53,777 bases of DNA from a virus (lineage: Duplodnaviria > Caudoviricetes), in IMG/VR virus record IMGVR_UViG_3300012944_000029, positions 1 through 53,777 of that record; one strand, 5' to 3'. A program made the position numbers and the translations under genes. The notes below the pieces were generated by a model. It was not told the DNA's origin and did no database searches. It saw only the letters and a program-made list of their open reading frames with translations. Within the stretch, counting starts at the first letter, position 1. Each line of letters starts with the position of its first letter. Of this stretch, positions 43,014 to 51,471 are shown piece after piece.

Positions 43014-46000
43014 TCATTTTACCGTCCAATCGTCGCTAAGCCTCGCTCCTGTTGCTCCCATGATGGCAATCGTAGCCATTGCTTTTCTCATCTGTTTTAT
43101 CTGATCAGGACTCATCCCAAGCCCGTTTTTCCAAACTTCTCTAACGGCTTCCTCGGCAGGGATTGGTAACACTTGTTCAGACCAAAACTCTGGCCAGGTA
43201 TAACGCCCGATGCCTTCAGCTCCCAATCGCTTTGGCACGGCGCGATTTGAGTTTGGCAGAGGTCGATTCTGCCAGTCAGCTTTGAACCAGAGCGACGAAG
43301 CAAGGCTTGCAAAAGGGCTAAGCTGGCTGCGCGCGTACTCACCAAGGACTGTATAACTGCTTTCGTCGGGATGAACCAAGTTCTTCAATTTCCCGCCATC
43401 ACTGGTGCGAATTTGGTAAAGACGGACAGGTAACCGAGCCATCGTAAGCATCGCGTTTCCGTACGAAAGCTGCATGCCGGCAACCTTGAACTTCATGAAA
43501 TCGCCCTTCATGGGATCATCAAAATTGACGCTCTGTTTGCTGCCGATCGCTTGCAAAACGCCCTGATTCAGCGCCAACAAACCGAAAGCCGTTCCGGCGA
43601 CCCACGCCTTTTCCTTGATCTGATTCACCGCGAAATATTTCTCGGCTTGGGTGGCAGTTTTCCATTGCAAGAAAGTATTCGCTGCCCTCACGGGATCACC
43701 CGCCAGCCACATCACGCGAGAGGCTTCCAGGCGTGGGGCGAACAGTGCGACGTTCGTTCCTCGTGGCGCCGCGCCCTTCACAACTCCCGTCGCATGATTC
43801 ACTGCGTCAGCAATTCCTTTTGCCATTTCCGCTATCTGCGCCGTCTTCGGAAGTTGGTTCCATTGCTGGTCAAACATGTCCTGCCGTAAAATCTTCAGGA
43901 CTGAATAACCACGATTGCCCATCCCCGTCATATTGGCCAAGTACTTGACCGTGTCTGGGCTGTTGAAATCCTCGTACGTCATTGGGTCATTGACGAGGCC
44001 AGCGCGCCGTGCGGTGATATAATTCGGTCGTCGGATCAAATCCTGCACCTGCATTTCGTGATATGCTTTGCTGCCGACCATTCGATACATCTTCCCGAAG
44101 TCCGTGAAATAGGTTTTCCAAAAACGCGGCTGGAACGCGACCATCGGAGCGTGAGTTCCCAATGCTACCGTCCCGTGAAAGCCAACCTTCAGGCCGAACA
44201 TGATTCGAGGCACGGCTTGAATGGCCCGTAAATAGCCTGGAATGGCTGTTTGTTGAAGCCAGCGTTTTGCCTGATTGCGTAAATCCCGGACGGTCTGCTG
44301 CTTTCGGAACAAGTCGTCAGTCAGAAACTTGGCACGCTTGGTCTTGCCCAATGCGGCACGGACTTTATCGACTGATACGCCCAGATCGGTCGCCAGCTTG
44401 TTCACGATGTCATTAAAATCGTCCATCCCCGCGGCGATATACTCACGCGCCTTGGTCCATGCGTAGGAAGGCAAGTCCGCACGCGAGACACGAAGTTTTG
44501 TCGCAGCTTGGGCGGCTTTTATTGCCGCGTTCCGAACATCTCGATTTGCAATATCGGAAGCTTTCTTCGCCGCCCGAACTTCGGCCTGAGCGATCCTTTT
44601 TTCTTTTCCGGCTTGTGCCACACGCGCTTTATTCTCAGCCTCTGCTAACCTCGCAGCGGCGTCTCGGACGGTCTTGTTGGCTGCATCAAGAGCATCCCGG
44701 GCGGCTTTATCCTGAACATCTTCAGGCCGTGATTCAGCGGCCTTGATGCGCGCCTTGTTCTCGGCTTCTGCGAGGCGAATGGCGGCCTTCTGAACAGTCT
44801 CCTGCGCTGCCCGTTCTGCTTTGCGCGCGGCATCCTCCTGAATCTTTGCCGTGTCGCGCTCGCCCACGGTTTTGGCTACGCGAGTTTTAGCTTCGGCCTC
44901 TGCCAATCTAACGGCGGCCTCGCGGACAGTTTTATGAGCGGCGGCTAATGCGCGTTTCTCGGCAGCCGTGGAGATGCCGGATTCTTTATCCAAATGATCA
45001 AACAATTCCTGCTTGGCCGTCCCTGCCGCGCCCTCGGCCTGCTTCACCTTGCCAGCGGTCTTTGTCGCGGTGTCCGCCTGACTGGGCGTGAAATCCTTGC
45101 CCGTCTGATCTTTGAATGCCGAAGCAAGCCCGGTGAAGCTGCCTGTATCAATATCCTGTTCGCCTTGTTGTGCCATGCCGGTCTTGTGCCATTCGGTCTG
45201 CATCTCCTTGAGACGGTCCGCCCATGCTGAGCGAGCTTCAAATGCGGCCTTCCATTCCGGTGAATCGGTGCCGAACTGTTCTTCGGTGCGCCGAGCCTCA
45301 AGCGCCAATTGTCGGAGTTTGGCACGACCAGTCGCGATCCCCTCAGCGGAAACAGCCTTGGCCGGGTCTGCCTCAAAAGTCGCCATCGCTTTGTCGGCAG
45401 CGGCAGGATCGTTTTGTAAAATCGCCTCTCCCTCAATGACAGAGTCGGAAGCGGAAACCCCTTCACCAGTTGGAGACAGTCTTTCCTGGCCGGATGCTGC
45501 CGCTTGTTCGCGGACCCGCTGCGCTATACCAGTGGTGTCCGGGGTACCTTTAGTGGCCACCTCCCCGAGTTTTGCCGCGCCCATGCCGACCGGTTCGATG
45601 ATCGGTTGCGATGAGCCTTCTTCGATAATGGGTTTGGCTTCCGGGGCCGCAACAGCCGTAGCCTCAGGCGTCAATACGCCGCCTTCTTTTTGGATTTCTT
45701 CTTGGGTTTTTTCAGTTGGACTCACCTCCTTTACCGGATTTGGTGCCGCGCCTTGTGGGCTGCTAATGTCGAGCGGTGCATTGACGCTCCCGGATGGTGG
45801 CTCGCCTTGCGCTGCACGCTGTAGGCTATCGCCAGCGCTTGACTGCGCTTCTTGCCCGATGATAACTCCGCTTTGAGGTTCGACACGAAGGCCTGTTTCG
45901 ATGGGCTTTTGGATAGTGGCATTTTGATCAACTCCTTTCTCTTTAAGTGCTGCTGCTGTGCGTGGCGCGAGTGTCGCTTTGACGAGCCCGCCCGTGATAG

Positions 46001-46481
46001 CTGTCCCGGCAATGGCGCTCAGAATGTCACGTGTCGAAGTCTCCAGACTCGTTTCTGGAACGGACACTTCACCGGCCGCTTGCGCTACGCCTTTGACCGT
46101 CTGCGCCGCAAACCCTCCGGTGGCAATCTTGAACAGAGTCTGTGCCGCCATGCCGCCGACTTTGGCCGCAGCGCCCAATCCGAGCGTCGCGACGCCAATG
46201 GGATTCTCCACGCCTTCCAAGAGGCTGGCCGCAGCTTGGTTCGCCCCGGCCGCGACGGCAGCCGTGGTGGGAGACAGGCCGGCGGCTTCCATGTCCGAGC
46301 CCGTCACGGTGGGGACGCGCACAAAAGGCTTCGACAGCGCTTCGAGTGCCGCTTTGGCACCGGCTACGTTTGGGGAATCTACGGGAGGATCGTTGACACC
46401 AAAGCTCTCGACTGGAGGATCATTAAGGCCAAACGCGGCAACCTCGGGATCACTGACGCCAAATTCGGCTGTGGCTGGCAT
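43014..46481 (-). CDS. Large internal virion (ejection) protein
   Basis: 1155 aa, Ala-rich helical; last of three genes after the tail tubular genes. Confidence 0.7.
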   Translation of the reverse strand: MPATAEFGVSDPEVAAFGLNDPPVESFGVNDPPVDSPNVAGAKAALEALSKPFVRVPTVTGSDMEAAGLSPTTAAVAAGANQAAASLLEGVENPIGVATLGLGAAAKVGGMAAQTLFKIATGGFAAQTVKGVAQAAGEVSVPETSLETSTRDILSAIAGTAITGGLVKATLAPRTAAALKEKGVDQNATIQKPIETGLRVEPQSGVIIGQEAQSSAGDSLQRAAQGEPPSGSVNAPLDISSPQGAAPNPVKEVSPTEKTQEEIQKEGGVLTPEATAVAAPEAKPIIEEGSSQPIIEPVGMGAAKLGEVATKGTPDTTGIAQRVREQAAASGQERLSPTGEGVSASDSVIEGEAILQNDPAAADKAMATFEADPAKAVSAEGIATGRAKLRQLALEARRTEEQFGTDSPEWKAAFEARSAWADRLKEMQTEWHKTGMAQQGEQDIDTGSFTGLASAFKDQTGKDFTPSQADTATKTAGKVKQAEGAAGTAKQELFDHLDKESGISTAAEKRALAAAHKTVREAAVRLAEAEAKTRVAKTVGERDTAKIQEDAARKAERAAQETVQKAAIRLAEAENKARIKAAESRPEDVQDKAARDALDAANKTVRDAAARLAEAENKARVAQAGKEKRIAQAEVRAAKKASDIANRDVRNAAIKAAQAATKLRVSRADLPSYAWTKAREYIAAGMDDFNDIVNKLATDLGVSVDKVRAALGKTKRAKFLTDDLFRKQQTVRDLRNQAKRWLQQTAIPGYLRAIQAVPRIMFGLKVGFHGTVALGTHAPMVAFQPRFWKTYFTDFGKMYRMVGSKAYHEMQVQDLIRRPNYITARRAGLVNDPMTYEDFNSPDTVKYLANMTGMGNRGYSVLKILRQDMFDQQWNQLPKTAQIAEMAKGIADAVNHATGVVKGAAPRGTNVALFAPRLEASRVMWLAGDPVRAANTFLQWKTATQAEKYFAVNQIKEKAWVAGTAFGLLALNQGVLQAIGSKQSVNFDDPMKGDFMKFKVAGMQLSYGNAMLTMARLPVRLYQIRTSDGGKLKNLVHPDESSYTVLGEYARSQLSPFASLASSLWFKADWQNRPLPNSNRAVPKRLGAEGIGRYTWPEFWSEQVLPIPAEEAVREVWKNGLGMSPDQIKQMRKAMATIAIMGATGARLSDDWTVK
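45731..45922 (-). CDS. Nested out-of-frame gene: small basic phage protein (MPLxK...NI..E...GK..KQAVAIA type)
   Basis: AAAGGAG SD 9 nt before ATG 45922; MPLSKSPSKQAFVSNLKAELSSGKKRSQALAIAYSVQRKA. Confidence 0.75.
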   Translation of the reverse strand: MPLSKSPSKQAFVSNLKAELSSGKKRSQALAIAYSVQRKASHHPGASMHRSTLAAHKARHQIR

Positions 46482-46484
46482 GCG

Positions 46485-47591
46485 TCACGGCTTTCGCTTC
46501 AGCGTTCCGGTGGCCGGATTAATGTAAAGCGTGCCCGATGGCAGAGCATCATATTCGGCAGCCGTTGTTGGACGAGAGGTTCCAACCGGAGGCGCATGCA
46601 GGCCACTCTTGGGATTGGTCTGGTCTGGCACTGAGGCTGCCCCCGGAGTCGCAGTGGGCGAAGAGGCAGAAAGCGGTTTGGAAAGGTAAGAATATTTCCG
46701 CTGAACCCTGACCCTCTCTGCCGCGAACAGTCTGTTCTGTGTATCCATTTCTTCAGGACTTCGGGTCGTGGACAAATATGCCTTTTCCCGGATTTCAATT
46801 GATTGCAAATCCGCGCTCATTGCTTTCAGACCCATTCTTAACTCGCCTGACATGCCAGTCGGCCCGTTTACCAGGTATTTATTTATGTCGTTGGCATTTT
46901 TAAAGTCTGCAAGCTCCATCCGACCTTGTTGCTTTTGGGCTTCCAACCCAGAAGCGTTGTTAGCCCGCTCATCAATCGCGCCCAGCGTGTTTGCTCCCCG
47001 CTGCTGCCACACTTCCAAAAGCTGGGCTTGTTTGCGCTCTTCAAGCTGCAACCCCGCCGCGGCAATGTCAGATCCGTCAAAATATGTCTCTCCATTTGGG
47101 CGTTTTCTCTCGGGCACATCAACGCCTCCATGAGTCCGCAACCAATCCACCGCCACGAGGTTTTTCGTGTCCATTTCATCCTGGGCACGCGCAGCGCTAT
47201 TCTGCGCTGTCGTCTTTTTCATCAGCGCGACAAAATCCAGGCTCTTGGTAGAGCGCAACCCTTGCGGCGTCGTATCCAGGATGCTGCCCTCATCCCCTTG
47301 CGCCCACTTCGAAATGATCGGGGCGTCCCATGCGCGGTCATTCACATCCTGGGCGAGCACTTGGTTATGCAAACCTTCCGACTGAATTGTCGCAGCGTCC
47401 ATCCTGTTCTTAAGATCGAGCTGTTGCATCTGGAGCGGAAGCTTTTGCTGCTCCATGGCCAACTCCTGTTGACGCCCCATGCTCTGAGCCACCATAGAGC
47501 CAGCCGACAGGCCCTTGGTCCAGATGTCAGCAGGGCTCTCCTTGGGGTTGAGCCACGAGATGTTGGCAACGTTGGCGTCGTACCATGCCAT
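46485..47591 (-). CDS. Internal virion (ejection) protein
   Basis: Gln-rich helical; C-terminal EYDALPSGTLYINP motif. Confidence 0.7.
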   Translation of the reverse strand: MAWYDANVANISWLNPKESPADIWTKGLSAGSMVAQSMGRQQELAMEQQKLPLQMQQLDLKNRMDAATIQSEGLHNQVLAQDVNDRAWDAPIISKWAQGDEGSILDTTPQGLRSTKSLDFVALMKKTTAQNSAARAQDEMDTKNLVAVDWLRTHGGVDVPERKRPNGETYFDGSDIAAAGLQLEERKQAQLLEVWQQRGANTLGAIDERANNASGLEAQKQQGRMELADFKNANDINKYLVNGPTGMSGELRMGLKAMSADLQSIEIREKAYLSTTRSPEEMDTQNRLFAAERVRVQRKYSYLSKPLSASSPTATPGAASVPDQTNPKSGLHAPPVGTSRPTTAAEYDALPSGTLYINPATGTLKRKP

Positions 47592-47592
47592 A

Positions 47593-48543
47593 TCAGAATC
47601 CTGCTTCACCACCGCCGAAGCTTAAGCCGCTACTTGCTCCCGAAGATGCGCCCGCCCCGGCTCCCGCGCCTGCACTGGCCCCAGAGCTGCCCATGTTGAA
47701 TCCGTTAAAGTCTCCACTGCTACTTCCGCTGTTGTAAAAGCTATCAACTGAAGAACTGCCGCCCCCCCCTCCAGACTGTCCCGTGGGAGATGTGTAGCTC
47801 GGCTTGTTCCAACCCCCATACGATGTCCCTAAATAGGATGATAGGATGGACATTTCGGCATCGAACTGGCCCCGATCCGCCGGATTGGGAGCGTGCAAAA
47901 CCTGGGATGCCAGCCAATCACGGGCCATTTTGCTGTCGCGCTCGTTGGCCATCATGGAATATTGCTGTTGCGGCGTGAAGAACATGCTCGATACGTTGAA
48001 TAAGCCTGGCGTCGTGAGTGTGGCAACATTCGAGAGCCATTTCTCCGTCGAGCTTAAGGCGTTTTGAGTGGCATCAAAACTATATTTGATTAGCGCTGTG
48101 CTCTCAAGTCCAAGGTCTCTTCCAACGAGTGCATCCTTCATTCCCAAATCAGGGCCACCCCCGCTGTAAGCGAATCCGCGACCCACGGCTTGTTCGGCAC
48201 CGCTCTGTCCGATTGCCCTACCAACGTCGGCGGGAATCTCACCACGCCTGAATGCCGCAATATTCTGGTCAGTTAAAAGCGATAAAGCAGAATCTCCGCC
48301 CGCCTTGACGATAGCGTCATAATTGGGCACCCCAGCGCGCAGCATTTTGAGAAGCTGATCCTGATTGAACTTATTGACGCTGCCTGCAAGCTTTTTGGTC
48401 TTCCCGAAATTGGCGATGTTCTCCGAGATGGCCTGTTTCTGAGCTTCTTTGGTGCTGATCGGAGTGAAATCTGGCACGACAGGCTTCGTCCCGAAGATAT
48501 CCTCTCCACCCCCAAACAGGCCTTGAAATAATGCGGCTGGCAT
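47593..48543 (-). CDS. Internal virion (DNA transfer) protein
   Basis: Gly-rich termini with a G/S/A low-complexity tail; position. Confidence 0.65.
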   Translation of the reverse strand: MPAALFQGLFGGGEDIFGTKPVVPDFTPISTKEAQKQAISENIANFGKTKKLAGSVNKFNQDQLLKMLRAGVPNYDAIVKAGGDSALSLLTDQNIAAFRRGEIPADVGRAIGQSGAEQAVGRGFAYSGGGPDLGMKDALVGRDLGLESTALIKYSFDATQNALSSTEKWLSNVATLTTPGLFNVSSMFFTPQQQYSMMANERDSKMARDWLASQVLHAPNPADRGQFDAEMSILSSYLGTSYGGWNKPSYTSPTGQSGGGGGSSSVDSFYNSGSSSGDFNGFNMGSSGASAGAGAGAGASSGASSGLSFGGGEAGF

Positions 48544-48547
48544 ATCG

Positions 48548-49573
48548 TTACCAATGTCCCGCAGCTCCCATGAGGTTATCCACCCCCGATGCGCCAAAGA
48601 GCCCGCCGCCAATCACGCGTGGCACGATGACGGTCCCTTGGCCTTCGTAGCGGAGTTGCTCGGCGTTGATCAGCCGCACGGCGTCTTGGAGCTTCAGCCT
48701 CGCTCGATCGGTGAATCCATCCTCATCCAGTTTGACGCTGACGCAGGCATCCTTGAGCGCGGCGAGATTCCCCACGACCAGATAGTCTAGGTCCGACACG
48801 ATCGGGATATGCTGGAGGCTGACAAGGGCCGTGACTTTGGCCCGATTGTTAATGCTGGCATCGGCATCGACCATCCCGGACAATCCAGCCACAAGGTATC
48901 TACGATAATGCGGCAGGGTTTCGGACGGCTCATAGATTGCAAGCGCTTTGGTGCTTTGGCCGGTCTCGGTGTTGAACTCATAGAGCCTCACTATCCCGTT
49001 CGTGGATGGTTTCTGGAGGCCGGTCAGTGATGCGAATTTGTTGACCGTGAACTGTGGCGTTGTCGAGATGGAGACGTATTCCCCCTCCACGACCGTTGTG
49101 CCGTCCATGCTGTAAATATGGTTCCCGTTCGTGTCCCATCCCTGGAGGAGAATCCGCGCAGAAGCATCTTCCGCACGGTCGGCATACACCTTGATCTTTT
49201 TGTTCAACCCCTCAAGGTCATCGAAAGCCACATGCCCAGCGCCTCGGTCAATCGTCTGAAGATAACCGCAATTGGCTGTCTGTTGGCCCGGGCCATTCTC
49301 CAGAAACTCATACCAACCATTTCGGATCACGGTGAAACATGAGCAAACGCTCATGGCGTCAATCGCAACCACCTGCCTCGGCATCGTGATGCAAGCTGAG
49401 TTCACGCAGAAGGAATAGCGCTGCTGCCACCCGACGCCATTGCCCGCAGCGTCTAGGAGACGTTGCTGCCCTTCGTTGACGTAGTCCCGGAGTGCGGTGG
49501 TGTCCGTCGCGCATAGGCTCAGCACATGGGGAATCCTGGAAGCACGGACGGCGGCGAAGTTTAGGCGTGGCAT
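48548..49573 (-). CDS. Head-tail adaptor / tail tubular protein A-like
   Basis: YVNEGQQRL N-helix, ITMPRQVVAI, C-terminal helical pair; position. Confidence 0.6.
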   Translation of the reverse strand: MPRLNFAAVRASRIPHVLSLCATDTTALRDYVNEGQQRLLDAAGNGVGWQQRYSFCVNSACITMPRQVVAIDAMSVCSCFTVIRNGWYEFLENGPGQQTANCGYLQTIDRGAGHVAFDDLEGLNKKIKVYADRAEDASARILLQGWDTNGNHIYSMDGTTVVEGEYVSISTTPQFTVNKFASLTGLQKPSTNGIVRLYEFNTETGQSTKALAIYEPSETLPHYRRYLVAGLSGMVDADASINNRAKVTALVSLQHIPIVSDLDYLVVGNLAALKDACVSVKLDEDGFTDRARLKLQDAVRLINAEQLRYEGQGTVIVPRVIGGGLFGASGVDNLMGAAGHW

Positions 49574-49574
49574 A

Positions 49575-50273
49575 TCAGGCCCGTTTGAAAAGTCTGGCTG
49601 TGCGCCGGATGAACCAGATGCAAAAGACCGGATGGACCGTGTTGTGCGCGACATCGCTGCCGCCATCGGCCATGACATTCACGTTGTCACCGCCGCCAAA
49701 ATTGTGGCCAGAATAAAGTCGAACGGCGGTTTGGCCGGAACCAGAAGTGAAGTCCCTCGACGTGGTGTGCTGATGCTTGGCCAGTTCAGTTTGGAGCAAC
49801 ACATGCCTGTCCTCACCGAAGTTCATGCCGGCGGTCAGGACATCTCCCGCCGCAAGTGTGCCTGGACCCATCGGGGACTTTGCCGCGAGTTGCGTGACGA
49901 CTTCCCACATCTGACCATTCTTCCACGGAGCTACCGGTGCGCCAGCTTCCCCACCATCCAAAGTCTCGAAGAACGTCGAAGCAACCGGAGTCTCGCTGTA
50001 ATACATCATCGTTGAACCTGGAGCCATGGGGTGCGTCGAAATCCAATCGCCTGTAGAATAAACATACCATGCGTCGGGTGTGCCATCAGCGTTGTAACGG
50101 AACCACGGGTTCCCCTGATCCGCGACGGCTGGCACGGCGTTTCCCGTGTTGATCCCCAGCGATCCCGAGAGGACCACGCGAAGATAATTCTGGAGATCAG
50201 CAACGAGCTGAGCCCAGTTCGTGGGGCAGTAATCCGACGCTGGCGGCGTTGCGAGGAGTTGAGCAGTGGCCAT
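49575..50273 (-). CDS. Tail collar-like / short fibre protein
   Basis: GEDRHVLLQTELAKHQH...AHNTVHP...FI-R motifs. Confidence 0.7.
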   Translation of the reverse strand: MATAQLLATPPASDYCPTNWAQLVADLQNYLRVVLSGSLGINTGNAVPAVADQGNPWFRYNADGTPDAWYVYSTGDWISTHPMAPGSTMMYYSETPVASTFFETLDGGEAGAPVAPWKNGQMWEVVTQLAAKSPMGPGTLAAGDVLTAGMNFGEDRHVLLQTELAKHQHTTSRDFTSGSGQTAVRLYSGHNFGGGDNVNVMADGGSDVAHNTVHPVFCIWFIRRTARLFKRA

Positions 50274-50275
50274 GC

Positions 50276-51076
50276 CTATTTATCCAGCTTATACGTGTCA
50301 ATCACGTCCCCGTCAACGCTGAGCGCTCTGAAGCTCAGTCTGTTTTGGGAGGCGACGATCTTGATTGCTCCAAATTTCGCATTGTATCTGACGACACTTG
50401 ATCCAATCGGCGTTCCGAAGCCACGTAAACTCTCACCACTAAAACCGCCCACAAAATAAGGAAAGGTACCCACAACAAGTCGCTCATAAGCATGTCCATG
50501 CCCTGACATTACCACATCGGCGCTCCACAAAGCGAATGGCCATTGCATCCAGACGCTTGAGCCGTGTGTAACGTCGCTCGAGTACGGTGGGTGATGACAG
50601 ACGACAATCTTCCATGGCGCGGTGCTCTGGCTCAGGGCCGTTTGCAGCCATTGGCCTTGAGCGGAGCTTGAGGTTGTTCCATCGGGCTCCCGGGGATCGC
50701 TGTCGAGCATGAACAACTCCACTGGCCCGAGGCGTTGACGGTAGTATCTCGCACCGTTGACGATGGTGAAAAAGGTGAGATAATCCGCCAGGTTATTGGT
50801 GTCCCAATCGTGATTGCCGGGAGCTGGGTAAAATGCCGACCGCGCAATCCACTCAGAATAGTTCGCATTAACGTCCGTAGCATAATTTCCATTGTACGAA
50901 TTGTCCCCGAGCGTGATGATCAGGTTTGGATTGTCCGCGTCGAGGAGCGCCTTGACCGCCGCTTCGTCACTGCCCCCGTCGCCATAATCGCCAATGGCCC
51001 AAAGCGACAGCTCGGAATTGTCGTAAGCCAAAGAGTCAGGCGGACAGCAGGAGATGGTCGGGCAGGTTGCGCTCAT
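50276..51076 (-). CDS. Calcineurin-like metallophosphoesterase (purple-acid-phosphatase type)
   Basis: GDYG, LGDNSY, GNHD, HHPPY and GHGH-YER metal-ligand motifs. Confidence 0.92.
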   Translation of the reverse strand: MSATCPTISCCPPDSLAYDNSELSLWAIGDYGDGGSDEAAVKALLDADNPNLIITLGDNSYNGNYATDVNANYSEWIARSAFYPAPGNHDWDTNNLADYLTFFTIVNGARYYRQRLGPVELFMLDSDPREPDGTTSSSAQGQWLQTALSQSTAPWKIVVCHHPPYSSDVTHGSSVWMQWPFALWSADVVMSGHGHAYERLVVGTFPYFVGGFSGESLRGFGTPIGSSVVRYNAKFGAIKIVASQNRLSFRALSVDGDVIDTYKLDK

Positions 51077-51087
51077 TGAAAATCCGT

Positions 51088-51117
51088 TTGACGGCTAAGG
51101 GCCGGATTGATTATCTT
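51088..51117 (+). promoter_or_regulatory. Promoter pointing into the structured non-coding element
   Basis: TTGACG-N18-TATCTT. Confidence 0.5.
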
Positions 51118-51120
51118 CAT

Positions 51121-51471
51121 CTTCGTCAATTAGTGTTGATGCGAACGTGCCCGAGCCGGAACCTGGCAACCCCGGTTCACACCCTGCCAAGGGTGAACAC
51201 TAAGGGCACGCCAATTTTAGTTTTCATCTCATCAATTGCCAGTCAATCGACTGGTCTGTTCGATCCCGAGCACAGATCAAAAAGTTAGGGTTTGAATGTC
51301 GCCTGCGATTAAACGCAAGGTAAATGCCAGAGGCAGACACGCCGGGGGCGACTCATTAAGTTCCTCGCGGGGGGTACCCCATTGTTGCGCCGCCTTTCTC
51401 GGATTCGGGGAAAGGGGGATAAAGGGGGTTTGGGGTTCTGAGCCGTTGTCCCCTGCTTTTTTCTTTCTCAT
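51121..51471 (+). ncRNA. Structured non-coding element, copy B (~350 nt)
   Basis: Upstream promoter, continuous hairpins and multiloops, G-tracts and a terminal T-run; paralogous to 18707-18925. Confidence 0.6.

Noticed and set aside
51277-51471. Short minus-strand ORFs over the two structured elements (also 18707..18925) as proteins
   Set aside because: Starts are coupled, but similarity is at nucleotide/hairpin level and the peptides diverge quickly. Not fully excluded as leader peptides.
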